The notes below the pieces were generated by a model. The model made no database searches, was not told the origin of the DNA, and worked only from the letters and a program-made list of their open reading frames with translations. Source: Botryllus schlosseri (lineage: Eukaryota). From it: a DNA stretch of 64,000 nt. The stretch spans positions 11,966,001 through 12,030,000 of the forward strand of contig CM119384.1 of assembly GCA_051294905.1 (NCBI GenBank), read 5' to 3'. The position numbers were made by a program, and so were the translations under genes. Of this stretch, positions 27,201 through 42,200 are shown in pieces. Each line of letters begins with the position of its first letter. Within the stretch, counting starts at the first letter, position 1.

Positions 27201-30200
27201 AGGTGCGACTAGCCGGGGAATGATCTTGCCATTCTCGGAAGGCTACGAAGTAGTCAATACCAATTTTGTGAACTTCAATCGTTCTGAGACCGCCGCTTTG
27301 GGGGTGACGACCTACGACGGCCTTTGTCTTGTGCTCTGCGGGGGTTGGGAGGTTCAATTTAACGGCGTTAAGTTTACGAATTCTCCGAACAAGGCCGCTT
27401 TCAGGTCGGTGCGAGTCTGTGTTCATTCCGTCACGATTTTTTCCGGAGTTTAAAATGATTAGACATGCTCGTCTTGACGTAGTGGGCTGCACTTTTGCTT
27501 TTGTCATGTCAATTGTAATCGTGTGTTTGATTTTGAGGTGACTTTAAAAAATGGATTTGGAAGCCATAAATTTATAGGCAACTCTGCACATTCAAATTTG
27601 TGGAATTTCAAGTTGTGTTTCCGGTTGCAAAATAAGGTTTTGTCACCTTTGTGCTAGTACAAACAGTGGTTCTGTTAGTTTTTATCCGTTCAAGACAACA
27701 AGGTATCAGGTAAGATACGAGACACAATGCAATGTAATGAACAGATTCGAAGATGTCAAAACAACCAAGTATGACCTCTCAATCTAACCTGTACCTTGAT
27801 CTAATGTCCGATGTATACTTTGCTCCGTTCGATTGCCCGCATTTACACCTAGGATAAAATACCCTTGCCTTGAAAAGAAGTCGACGATATGCTTTATGGT
27901 TGGTAATTCTTCTTCGACAATACAAACCACTATACAGAGAGCAGTATGTTATCTTATTCAGTATAACCCTTTTCGGCAATTTAGGCAATTTATCTAGCAG
28001 CAAAGCCACTCTTTTCATTATATCGCAATCTTGTGGTGTTTTGAATGGATAAAAATATCATTGCATGCATGATTGGCTGACTAACGGTATTGGTATTTGA
28101 ACTATAAGCCCATTGGTGTTGGTTTCACAAATAGGTAAATCCAGCCTTGTCCAGCCTGCCACGCTAATATGAAAACTTCAATCTTGTTCCGTCATTCTCA
28201 AAACCTTTGTGTTTTACTCATACCAATCACTTTAATCGACTAGGAGATATTTTATGGCATGCAATTACACATTTCAGATGGGAACACGAAGTCTCTTTGA
28301 GGGATGTAGACGGCTCGTTGACTGGAACAGCAGGATCGATTGTCACGCCGTATAATCCTAGTCTGCCATCGTCCTGCGTCGAGATCGCTGGATTTGATGT
28401 TGAATCATTCAAAGGCAGTGCTATCGTTGCTTTATAAACTGTGATTTCCATGTTATGGGTTGTAAAAGCCATCATTAGCGCTGCTCAAGTAGAATGAGAA
28501 ATATTGCCATAAATTTATATTCAATTACGAGTAGAGATTTTCAGAGCACGCAAAATTACTCCTGGTAGAAGTAGAATATGACTGCTCAGAAATATACTAG
28601 AGTAAGTAGTTTGAAGAAGTAGATTGAGACGAGGTGTCGTACACCATTTTATTTGTCAATGTTCTGACCATTTTGCAAATTATAAAATGCATCTTCACGC
28701 GTAACACCAATTCACTAAGTTTTGAAGTTATAATATCATAGAGGGGTTCTGATTCGCCGAGTTGTCGTGGAAATTTCACTTGTAAAAGTGATACGAACCT
28801 ATTTATATATTACTGTCTACAAAATAGAAAAAAGATAGGTAATATTTTTGTGACTGATGCAATGGAAGTGAAAGTAGTCAGAAACGTCACAGCTTGAGTA
28901 AGATAAAACCCACTTAAGAGATTCGTAAAGTAACTCTGTTACTAACCTTCACTGTATTGTACAGGAATGAAATGTGACGATGTGAAGAAATTCCATCGGG
29001 TCTCTTGGAATAATGTGGCCCCTTCATCGCTTCAAGGAAAGCTAGTTTCTTTTACTACTGACACCGGCTCTTCTTATATACCGTTTGGGTCAGTGCCGAT
29101 TTCGACCTTGTTATTTTCATCTCCATACTGATCTCTGATTTGACGGCCACCGCAGTACAGTAGTTACACCACTGGTCTCACAGGATTTGATTCCCACTGG
29201 CTGGCTTCAAATTAGGGCTCAGCAAAATCGATTACCTGACTGATTCTATCCCGAATCGAATATTACTATTCAAGTTGAATATCCGTGTACCACTTAATGT
29301 GACGTCATGACAGTGTGAGTAACTTTGAAAGTTCGAGTATGTGCATTTTGTACGACTGCCTGCTAAGCAAGATCACTCCCATATTACAAGACCCTCATCA
29401 AAGGATAGTATCTACTTACCTCCACCTATTCCGATATGGCAATCTCAATTTCCTCGTTTGGTTTAAGTCTCGTAGGCCTATGCTAGTAGCCGCCATAATT
29501 ATTGATATTTTCGGTCACCTGTTATGTTTTGATCCATTTTGTTTAGGATAACACTTGTCTGTTTTTGCTAGGCATCGTCATCAAACCTATATGTAACAGC
29601 CTTTTTCTCGCACAGCAATCCATACAATTCCAATATTATGTTTCAATATTTCAATATACGAGATAATAAAGCTATCGAACGTGTTCAGTCAGAAACGCTT
29701 GACACACAAGTTTGGATGGATGGGAACGATGGTCGATGGCGGAACGTACAGGTGGACTTTCGAAGATGCGCAACAGCTGACAAACATATCCTACCGAGCG
29801 ATGTTCTATAATTTCGAGGTGATGTGATGATATGGGATGATATGTGTCTTCGGGATATATCAGTGTCTACTTCCTTATTAATTGCAATGTGACTGGAAAT
29901 CCACTCTTGATTGATTTTTATAGAAAAGGGCTGGTGCATAAAACCCAACTTGTTGCACTTACCTAACAGTGCACAAAGGCAATAGGGTGCCATCATATTG
30001 GCTGGGTTTCCACCATACTGCTCAGCTGCCATTTCTGCTTAGTTATGAGAAATGGTGTGTGCTTGATGTAAGAGACGGTAGGTTATGAATTTGTGTACGA
30101 AGATTCGCCCATTCATGTCGTTTGCGAAGTGACTTTTTGACATATGAAATGAAACTTTATTCCATTCCATATTATATTTATAGTATCATTAATCATATAG

Positions 30201-33200
30201 TATGAAAATTGACAATTGTATGATCTTATCTGAATTTGAGTGTTCAAAATTATAGAGCGTATAAATGACATTTCATTAGCCAAGGATCTTCAATACCCCT
30301 GTACAAAAATTTTACACCAGTGTAGATTATTTTTCAAGATGCTTAATTTATTATTGATATTCCTAATTTTACATTTTCTCAATAGTCATTACTGTTTATG
30401 CAGCTGCTACCACGATTGATCTAGAAATATTTATTTATGTTTCTTACAAAATCTGAGATGCAGTGCTCTTTGAAATATGTTGTATCTTCATATCGCAATT
30501 AATGTAACTGTATAACTGAATAAATCCCTACTGATATTCATTTTATGTTACAATACTTCCGTGAACTGCATTTTTCGTACTGCATCCAATCAATTTTCTG
30601 TGTCTTGTGAAATGTGTATTTCATGTTTGGGTTATTTGAGACGATAAATGAATTCTCTCGTAGGAAGAAGACTGTGTGATCGTGTCGCATAATTTGACGC
30701 AGAAGCCGGACAAGTTCGAGATTGCCGGAAACGGCGGCGAGGAATACGCTCAAACTAACATGGTTTCGTGCAAACACAACTACCACGGCGATTACTACTT
30801 TGACGCTGCCACTTTCAATTTGTATTACATCGGTATGTTCGATGCGGGGGGATTCGAAGTCGTCGATGATTGAAAAGTATATTTCAGTCTCGGGCCGCGA
30901 TCGTACGTTATCGGCGGAACGTAAGAGGCGTTCATTGGAAGCCGCAACAGTCGGGGCAAAGCATCGCGAGGTCAACTTCAAAGTTTACAGATGCTTCTAT
31001 GAGGTGGCAAATCTATTTTGTAGTACCACCTCTGATGCGCAATATGTATTTTAGTCATGTAAAAACCTGACGAGCTTCTTGGAGGTGCAGAACTTCTCTA
31101 TGCAATTGAATAGCATATTCAAATTGAAATGAACCCGAATATTTTCGGCTGGCACTCATCACATGCCAGTGACGTTTTGTGGTACGATTGTTTATATACA
31201 GTGTTCTTTTCAATTCTCTACCAGTTGCTGATGGTTACCCCTGACGAGTGTCAGCCTAAAATATTCGACCATGTGAAATCACGGAGGAAATGTTGTGAGT
31301 GTGTCTGAATGCGGCGACATAAATTCAAAGTTGAAGATAAAATTTGTTTGTTTCATAATAATAACGGAATTAGTCTAAAATCAGAACCACTGGGGTATGT
31401 ACTGCAGTTTGTTTTATGAAATATCATTTGTAATATCAGAAATGCATTCCCCCTCCGGATCCAAACACGCAACCCCCAGCCCGCGCACGACCCGCTACCT
31501 TTCAATCATGGCATGACTCCGCCCACTGGAAAATCAACGAAGATGGAGAATATGTCGGCGCTGTATGTGGCGATGAATTAACTGCAATACCTCCCGACAG
31601 TCAAGACATCAGAATAGAAAAAGGTGGGAATGTTTGTTCGACGCCGTGGAATATGCAGTGTATTGTAATACTGCCTTAAAGGGACATGGATGGTCGTAAA
31701 GCAAGATCTCCCTAAAATAAATAAATTGTGGATTGAGGGTGTATTAGAAATTGAATGGAACGACCCGACCCTGACTGTGACCTTGAGCGCTACCCATATC
31801 ATTATAATGGTGAGACAAATTTCTTTCTTTATAGATTGCCAATTGCAATACAATTCATAAATTTGAATACGGCAATAATGTCGTATGCTTGCATTTCCTC
31901 TACTAGGGTGGCCGGTTAATTGTGGGATGGGAAGATTCCGTATTCAAGGGAACGGCAAACCTTGTTCTACGTGGAAACCACAACAGTCCCGATGTTGTTA
32001 TTAGCGGAGGTGTGGTGCTGGGCTCGAAAGCGATAGGTTTGTATTTAATTTTGGACTTATCGGCTATCGAAATATGGGTGATTAAGCTTGTTTTATGACT
32101 CCTTCTGTTATACACTAAAATACATGCAAAGAAGTATAGAATTGTGTCCATTTTGATTGGCTTCGATTTGGAAAGGTTTTATCTGTTACTTGTAATTCAG
32201 TGTATAGCCTATGACTCTTATTTACATGTGTTAGTAGCCCAAGGTGGGTGTTTCTTTGAATGATTTCTCCAGGTCTGTTTCTAATCCTTCTTGTCTTTTT
32301 GTTTTATTGCAATATTGTGGTGTTTTGGAATGATGACATTATTAATAAACTGAACTATTGATCTCAACCCGGGGAAGAGTGTCCATATTGGCATTCCGTT
32401 GACTTAACCATTCATTCGGTGTTTTACTGCTAGAAATTCTTCAGGTGTAGTCGGCGGGTTAGATTTGCATGGAAAAACAAGGACTCCTTTAACGACACAT
32501 TTGGAAACGCAGCTGTCGGAAGGACAGAGCACGATCACTGTGACGGACAATCTATTAGATTGGCAAGCAGGTACTGGTGCTTTTATAGTCTTCTATGCAT
32601 ACGATACTCTGGTAGCGGAGTTCACATAGCATTCTAATGTGTATCAGGTGATGAAATAACAATCACTACCACCAGCGCTGATCCTTGGGAAACAGAAACA
32701 TTCAAGATAACTTCTGTCAGCGATCGTGTCATCACATTGAACAATTCTGCTAAATTTGATCACATAGGTAAACTTGACTTGATCTATTAAAATATATAGG
32801 TAGAGGTATATTTTCAATATTGAAAAAAATGGAGATTGTCGTATTTTTTCTACTCTATAAGAATCATTTCAACTGATATTTCATTCAGTGTGCACTATGC
32901 AGTGTGCATGACTCTTAGCAGCGACTAAGCATAGGCGGGTGTCTGATTTCACAGACTATTTTCAGTTGTTTGGACACCTTCCTATTTTTTCATTTTATTG
33001 CAATCTTGTGGTGTATTGATCTGACAAATTATTAATAATATGACGTGAACTGAATATTTGTAAACGGAATTGTAATGCTTAGAACTGAGCCCAAAATCTG
33101 TATGTCGTATGACACTGTGTTTCTGTGTAACAGCTGACACCTTTAGTCACAATGTCAGTAAATCTGGTTTGAATTCGTACGATATTCGCGCCGAGGTTAG

Positions 33201-36200
33201 CGTATTGACAAGAAACGTCAAAGTGATTGGAGAAGATTACAACGGATTATTCAAAGAATCGTTTGGTGCACGAATTCTTGTCTCAGCTGCGGACAACAGG
33301 TATGCTTGGGATTGGGCTTATCTGGATTTCAAAATTGCAGCCAACAAACCTGTGTGCTTTCAAGGGGCTACGCGAGAATTTCCAACATCGAATTTTTCCA
33401 CACCGGTCAAGAAGGATGGATTGATAATTATGACCCGCGATACTCCCTCGCATTTCTTAATTCAGGTTTGTATTATTGGTTATTGAACATTTTCTCATCA
33501 TTTTCATTGATTATGTGTATCGGGATGTAACAAAAACATATTTTTCAAATTTCACTGGCACAGTGGTTAAATTGTTGGGTTGCCTAAAAAATGCTGCACG
33601 CCAAATTTGGTTCAATTCTAACTAGTAGCAGCGGAATAATTTCAATCTGAATTTACAACCATTTTAGAAAATGATAGTATTTTGGTGACAAATTTCATCA
33701 CCAAAAACAATGTTCCTGTCATGCCTGATGTGTTCTTTTTCAAGCGTTTTAACCTTGAAAAGAGCCTGCGATAAAGTTTGTAGAAAATAATTAATAAAAA
33801 TAATAGTGACGATGATTAGCTTGAGATTCGTCTATTCCATTGAGATCGTCTCGTCTCGTTCAAACAACGGTGGTATAGTTTACAAATAAAATATTTTACG
33901 CACTGGCGACCACGAAAAGGAAATGAACTGACAAGCAGTTACTATACAGGAAAATATATTTCCCATGTATATCTGGATGTATCTTCTGTCTTCTGCATTG
34001 CACTTCATGTGGCATTTTAAATTGGTAATGGTAATAAAAACTATACTGATTCAACGTGTGCTTCATTACTCAATTCCAATGATCGTTTTTGACGCTTACC
34101 TTTTGTTTCATACCTAACAGGAACTTCGGACGTTATCCGTCCATCCTCGGTGAAACAAAATACCTTCCACAACGGGTTCAATACCGCGATCGGCGTCTTC
34201 GGTGCCAGCGATATCACCGTGAGTGAAAACGTCATTCACCACACCGTCGGACCGGGAATTCGTGTCGAGGGAAAAGATATCTTGTATGGGACCGCATGCA
34301 TTCCTTTTGCGGCTGGATTACTGACTAGTTATGTTATCTTAGAATCGAAAATAACTTGGTGATGCTCACTCGCACTAGAACCGTGTATCAGGATAGAGAC
34401 GAAAGTGACTTGGTTTCGTGGAAGGCGTCCATTGAGGTTTGTTTAGTCAGCATAGAAGTAAAAATTATACCCGCAGACTTGAATCCTGTCCAACTGATTC
34501 CATCTATTCAAAATACTTGTGGGAGATGAATGCATTTGGTACGGTGTGAATGAGGAAGATAAGGCACTGTTTTTGTGTTATTATACCATGTCATAGCTGT
34601 TGCTCGCCATGACGGTAATATTGAATGGAATGAATAATATGAATTGATGGAGATGTGTGAAGTATCATTCAAATATGCTGACCACTTATGGTGTGATATT
34701 CTTTGCTTAACAGCGTTCTATTTCTTTTAAAACAGACAAACTTGGCAGTCCGTCCTGTGCTGAAGGGTAATGTGGTAGTCGGTTCTGAACGAGCGGGTTA
34801 CCGTATCGACGGCCATAATTGCGGGTAAAACCATGGATTTTTGTAAATATAAATTCGCCAATAGACTGTAATTTCTTCTTGTAGCCCGCCTGACGATGAA
34901 AACACTGTCCAGGAATGGGGCTGGAACACTGCCAGAGCCACGCTGCAAGGAATTTGGATGAATAAGGACGGTGAGAGAGATGTGCTGTGATCTGTGTGGG
35001 CTGTCTAGAACAGTGACTATTACTAGGGTTGGGTGATTCAATTGCAAGTTGAGTATTTGAGTAATGACTATTATCCCGATATAATAGTACTAATGACTTG
35101 AAAAAGTTGAATATGTATGTTCTGCGACCACAAGGAAAATGATGCCCGTGATGTGTCATCTGTAATTCTTCCGTATTTCCGAGTAATGGTTTTTGACCAA
35201 ATATTACTTCTGGTCCTCTTCTTGTGGGTGACGCAGCACAGTCTTGTCCATTTTAATCACATTTCTACGTTGGCATCTCTGTTTTGCTTTGCAGGCTTCC
35301 CTGTCTGTAACCTTATCAGCAAGTTTAAAATCCATAGCGCGTATGACGACGGTATTTACTATCAAGGCGTGGGAAGTCTCACGGTGTCGAATGTGCTGGT
35401 TACGGACAGTGGATTTGGTATTGCGCCCCTGGTGATCAGGTAATAGTATATTGAGGTGGTCAGTGCCTTCTCAAAGTACTCAAGTACCTTCCAGACTTTC
35501 ACTTTCTACTGCATAGTTTTGACATGTTTCGGAAAGCGCTACTTCCACTTGTATTTGAGTAGACATGTAGGGCGATACTTGTACTCAAGTACAACACCCA
35601 GTGCTTTGACCGCCTCTGCCATTTTTAGACCGCCTTCCAGTTTGCACGATTTCCAAGACAAGCGCGTCGTAATCAAAGACTCGGCCGTGGTGGCTGTGAG
35701 CAAACCAGGTGATTTGTGCGATTCCCCGCCACGCGACACTGCAGTCGGTTACCTTCTCTAACATTCTTTTCAAGGCTACTGCCCGACATTGTCTCCGGTG
35801 GTGGACTACGTGCAGAACTCGAATTTAGGACGGGCGCCTCTAAAGAGTGAAGCCTCACGCTTGGCAAGGACTGGTATACTATGGCCGGCTTTCGCGTCCG
35901 GCCACAATTCCGCTCCCGACATGGCGTTTCTCGGGGCAATGTCATATCCTGCTATCGGGGGAAAGACGGAGATCAGCGGTATGTGACGTAGCGGTCGATT
36001 TTGATTGGTCGTTAAATTTTTGTTATTGAGACAGGGGTTTCGTTTTTAAATTTCGGCGACACGTCCTGCACTTCGGACAACGTGGCGATTATGACGAATT
36101 TGCTGGTGGAAGACTTCTTGCATCCTATTTACGTGTCCGGGCTCGAGTTTATCGATACTCCTGAGAATCGAGTGCTGTACTTACACAGACCCTCGCTGGC

Positions 36201-39200
36201 GTGAGTTGAAGAGTAGGACTTGGGAGCTTGTGGGATTCGTTTCAACCTTCCCCCAGAAATTGGAGATTAATAATAATCTCCGAACAGACTCGGAGTAATC
36301 ATGATTTATAATCCTAGTCGATTATACGATTACCCCTGACGAGTGCCAGCCGAAAAATATCCGGTTTCATTTCAATATGAATGTTCTATGCAATTGTATG
36401 TATTGGAGCTCTTCAAATAATCATAGTCGTTATAGCATTTTCAAGTTTTCGTAATGGATTATGGTTGATTCCAAACAATTACAAAGTACTCGTAATCAAT
36501 CATTTTGCATACTTATATCAAGATGATTGCTTTGTAAAGTGACTATCACCGAGCTTATTAGTCTTGCGAGGATTACAATATGAACTGAACAAGAAATTGT
36601 GCAATCGAGTTATTGACAGTAGGAACATCGGATTCGTGAGCCTCACTGCTCACAAATTGCATTGTTACGAAATATATCCACTTCCCAAGCTGTTTTCGTA
36701 ACAGTGACTCGCGACATTCGTATTGTGCGGATGTGGATGGTACTAGCGTGTTACGTTATGACAAAGATCGATCCTTATGGCTGGATTTCGTGTCTATTAC
36801 GTCTTATTCTCCGGTTTACGGTTTCCAGAAAAATCAATCCGTCCGACTGTGTGGACATGGAATGTGACGGAATGAAGAACGCTCTGTTGGTAGACCAGGA
36901 CGGGTCTGTAGTGGGTGGCTCGGGCGGATCTGTGATCTCGCAGGTAATCTGATCTCAAGGACGACAATTTAGCCTGGGACTCACCTCGTTTGTTTTACAG
37001 GCAGAGTATGAATGGGACGGCGATAAACGCAGGGGACTCGGAGATTTTCGAATCCCCAAGACCCTATTGACCAACACCACCGAATCTAGGATTCCAGTAA
37101 AGGACGTAGCGCCGAATAAGGGAATTTTGAGGTACGAGGCATAATAAGTATATGAGTATCAAGTATTCAAGTGTCTTTACTCAAAGTAAACGCTTGCACA
37201 GCAGAGGATATGAACATGGTTGTTAAACTGTTGCATTTTCTCGGTCCGTATACCCAGATAAAATCAATGATCACCAAAAAATCCATAAAATAACGTGGTA
37301 TTCATCTTGAATTAATGCATTGGCTTTATTGGTAAACCTTTTGAATTGGTCTGGCGGAATTTAATAGCATCGAATTATTTAATAAATTGGAAATAAAGCA
37401 CAGTTCCGGGAAGTAGTAGCCCTTTACTCTGTTGTTTTCAGTAGGCTGAGATCCTGGACTTACTGAATATGCAACCTGACCCTGTCTAATGATGTAGCCC
37501 AGAAAGAAAAAGCTACTTTTTTGTAATTTAATCCAAAAAATTACAAATTTGAAAGCTCCTCCTTTTTTTCGAGTTGAGTGGCAATATTCAGGAATAAAAT
37601 TGAAAAGTGTTGCGGCCGCCCAAGTTTTTTCGAAAGCTTTTTGAAGTCGGTACACATTACAGCTCAATTTGCTCGTTACAGAGCCAACACATCGACGAGC
37701 ACCTGCGTACCGCAGCACGATTGGCAGGCCCACAAATGCACTGGTTACCATCACGGCATACTGGTCGTCGAGAGTCTGGACGGAGACAGCCAGACGAGAA
37801 GGCTATCGCCTGTCGCTCTTTTGGCCGACAAATATATCGATTTGTACAACGGTAAGGGCGGTGTTAGTATTGTGTTTTGATGCACTGTGGTAAATTTGAT
37901 TTGCGGATACAGGCCCTCAGGATCACGGCTGGTGCGCGGGGTACACGTGTCAGGAACGGTTGTCGACGTTTTGGACGACAGTGGCGTTTTCTAAAACGTA
38001 TGAGGTGCATTTTTCAGGTAATGACGCTAATCGCTGAATAGGGCTACATTGCATGACCCAACAAAGTACTTTTTTAGAGTAGTAGCTCGAGTGGTTGTGT
38101 TTTAGACTCCTTCCACATATACTGGACATTTTTTTTTGCAAAACTACTTACTTTCCACTTGATCTCTATACCCTGGTGTTCAGTACCGAGTATTCAAGTA
38201 TATATTGCCTACTTGAACTACTTGAAGCGGTTATGATTCAGTATCAATGGTTAAAATTTGGCTAAAAATGCCGTCTGTCTGCTCGACAAGATGTTGCATG
38301 GTTAGAAAAGGCTAGTTCGTTTTCGATGGGGATTATCTCTACTGTGGGCTACCTTCATCAATGAAGGCTAGTTGTCTCTGGATGATCTTTGTCAGAAGTA
38401 TAGCTAACCAAATATCTTAGGTTATAGCTGTCTGAATACTTAACTTGAGAAGTCCTGTCGCTGGTCGTATAAATTCTTCGTCAGATATACTCAATACAAT
38501 GCAGTTTATTCAACAGTAATGCAAGTAGTTTCAGCATATGAGTCTTCCAAACACGTGGTTCAAGACACATTTATACTCCAAGTATATTGCAACAGGATGT
38601 AATAATCATATGCCAAGATCTGGCGCGATAATACATGACATATAAATATCATGGGTAGGCGATCACAGGATCGCCTGCAGTACATAGCATGTATTTTATG
38701 TTCATTTCAGGTACGAGCCCTGCCAAACTTCGATTGCGAATCCTTAACGAGGACTCCGACACAAAGATGGTTTTCAAGCTATATTGCAAACGACCTCAGC
38801 GACTTGATGTTTACACGGACGACGTTTACATCACGGCTTTGAATTACATAGACGGTAAACCCTCATCATCCATGTAAATGTTGATTGATAACTGGTGGAT
38901 ACGGCCGCACTGGTGCTTCAAGGTCGGAAAGTAGAGGCGCGGCATGTAATTTTCGAAAATGTACTTCGACAATTGTATCCATATGCATTCCCAGATATAT
39001 ATTTTCGAACGCAGATCCTTATATTGAAAAATGTCTGAAAACATGGATTAAAAAATACATTCTGAGATCGGGTTAGTAGTGAAACATTCGTACCTTCGTC
39101 GTAGCCATGGAACCTGTGGTCATTCCGGGTGAGAATTATGGCTGGGCACAACGGTCCGAATACTGGAATTCCGAGTCGAGCATCAATCGCAATGATTTGA

Positions 39201-42200
39201 GTCGAGTTATAATGTAGATGTTTTCATGTACCAGAATTCTACGCCCTTCAACGTGAATAGTTTTGACACTTTATTACAACGTGATAGCCTCAAAACTTTG
39301 ATTGGCCATGAAAATTATGCCGCAAAAGCAGTGTTGTAATGACTTTAGTCGTGATTTTTTGGTGACTCGAGTCATTATTTACGACTCGAGTCAATTTTCG
39401 TATTGGCTCGAGTCATTGTGCATGACTTGAACCAAGTCATATGACCCGAGACTAGGACGGCCAAGACAGACATAACTTTGAAGAATAGTAAAGTCACCAC
39501 ATTATTGGTATTTCATCTATCACTCCAGATACTTGGAAAATAGGGTCAGAAACGGTTAAGACTGAGGAAAATTACGATATTATGAATGCAAGCCGAGTTC
39601 AACCAGCTTACTTAATCCTGGGTTGATAAATCCTGATGAACGCGCTAATCGACTTCACTGCTAATCCAACTTTATTATCTTCGCCCTAAAAGTGAGATTG
39701 ACTTGTGAGTCGGAACCTTGTGACTTGGTTACAACCCTGCGCACAAGTGTGCGAATAGTCATGTCAATGACATTCCCACGATACATCCACATCAAACGAT
39801 CACGACGTGCAATAAGATAGTCATGGTCAAGAAAGGAAAAATTAATTTTCATGAAGTGTGACTTCCATTTTTTTTAATCGTGGCCGCGAAAAGGTAATAT
39901 TTGAACTGTCTGATCATTCATTGCAGTTATGGCATCATAATAGGCGACACTATACTCAGCCCTAAGGATAGCTTTCGAACGTTTTCTTTGGCTTCGACAA
40001 AAAAATCTGGAACACAACACTTTATAAAACCTAAATTTTCAATGATTTTACTCCCACTCAAATTTTTTGGCTCCGCCTTGAAAATTGATACTGGTACTGC
40101 CGATGACAATTACTCTTCTCTCCTATCCCCTCAGGGCAGTACTTGACGCCGACATCGCTGGGACAGTACACACCGACACTCGATGACAAGGCGGGGTCCA
40201 ACTACTTTGACAGAGACTCGCATATCATCCATATCACCCTCGCAGGCGGTGTCGTCGTGGAAATTCGCGAAGCGCCGGTGGTGGTGATCACCTTCAACAT
40301 GCCAGCGGTTACCCCTGACGAGTTCTTCGACAATGGGAATCTCATCGAAAATCTTGCTCTGTTCCTCGACGTTAGTGCCTGGAATTGTTTTGTTTCGCGA
40401 GTCGGTCCTGAGATGTTGAATTGTTTTGTAGATTCCGGCTCATAAAATTCGCGTCGTGAGCGTGGTGAGGGAGGGATCCGCAGCTAGAAGAAAGAGAAAC
40501 GCCGGGTCTGTTTCTGTGAGTGAGAATGTTATGGAAAGTTCAGCGCTAAATTCTACAACGGGGTCACAAACCCTTTTGGCGCAGACACAACAGACTTTTA
40601 CTTTAAAAAAAATTACTTCTTTCAATAGAATTGGTGTCAAATTCATTTCAAATATACGGCAATATCTTAATGATAAGGATCATGCCACGTAAATAAGCAT
40701 TACTTATCGTTCCCACATACTGAGCAACAATTTTCCGGCATAGCTCTATGATAGAATATCAAATCCATAACTACTAGGTTATTGGGTTTTCCAATCCAAA
40801 ATTTTCAACTCTAATAACTTCGCTTATACTGGTTGGAATTAAGCCAAATTTGATGTGCAGCGATCTTATGCAACCTAACAATTTCACGGGTAATTTGAAC
40901 AACCCTTTTGTGCATTGTATGTCTTGACCGTATGAAAATAATGGAAGTGCTGTTCAGAGCTTCGTTAAATTTCCTTTTGATAGCGTCAGAGTAACAGAAA
41001 TTTTGGAGTCGGAGTTGCTAATAAAAGGCGTTGCAGGTACAGAAGTTTTCCATGTAGGCGGACTTTCACAAACTTAATTTCGTTATGCTAGCACACTCTT
41101 TTCAATGAAAAATGATATCTACGCTTTTGGTAATAATAATATTACCTAAAAATGTAATCATTTTTCTGAAAAGATTTACAGAAATGCTGGAGTCGGAGTT
41201 CTGTGAATGAAATATTAGGAGATGGAGCCTGCGGTCAATTGAATCAGCTCCACAGTACCTGGTGCCAATTACGGCTACGAACCAGTCGATCGACTGCTTT
41301 TCGTCGTGTTTGAAATTTTCATTTATTTTACAGGCTGTTGTTGAGATCGGTGACTCTCCCGAGGATATCGCAAACTCCACTTCGGTAAGCGATTCTGATT
41401 CGTTTATCTTACCTCACATCTGATCACGGGAGCTTATCATTGTCACTTTTATTTAACCGAGCGGAACATGGATTTAAATTCTTTACATTGTGCCGTGGCG
41501 ACGTAAACTAGTATAGGCGTTAAACGTTATTTGAACGATGCCACCATAATGATAAGAGCTGGTCAAAGACGTTGACATTTCTACTCAAGTAAAAATAACA
41601 CTATAAATATTTACTCAAGTACTAGTACAGTAGTAGCAATTTCCAGAACATGTCAAACTACTTCAAGTGGAAGTACACAATGAAAGTTCCTAAATGTATG
41701 GAGGATATTTGTTCCAGGGTTCGCATACTTTTGTCAGGCTTCATTAGAAATTACAATATGCATTTTTGCGACTTACACAAAAGGACTAACGATGCTACGA
41801 ATAGGGGAAATCTTCAAAATTAGTTACATGACGCAGTGTTGTTATGACTGGAGTCGCCATTTTTTGGTGGCTCTAGTCATTTCTTCAAATGTGTAAAGCG
41901 ACTCAAGTTAATTTTGTGTATTGTACTTGAGTCATTATGCATGACTCGGACATATTCATATGACTCGAGACTAGGACGGCGAAGACAGACATTTCATTGT
42001 AACTTCGAAGAATAGCAAAGTCATCGCGTTATTGATATTTCGTCCATCAGTCCTGATACTTGGAAGTTAGGACTGAGGAAAATTACGATATTATGACTGC
42101 GAGCCATTCAATATCACTCGGGCAGAGTTGAATATAAATGGGTTGAACCGGATTGAATTCAAAACTGAACAGTGAACATAATGACTCTGACTCGAGTCAC

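Noticed and set aside
28414-28420. Possible fourth GC donor (AAAG|GCAGTG)
   Set aside because: A GT three bases later is phase-compatible, so it cannot be decided from sequence.
40308-40322. TTACCCCTGACGAG in a PKHD1L1 exon matching the MITE motif at 31237 and 36333, suggesting an exonised TE
   Set aside because: The match is short and encodes VTPDEF within a region colinear with orthologues; most likely coincidence.
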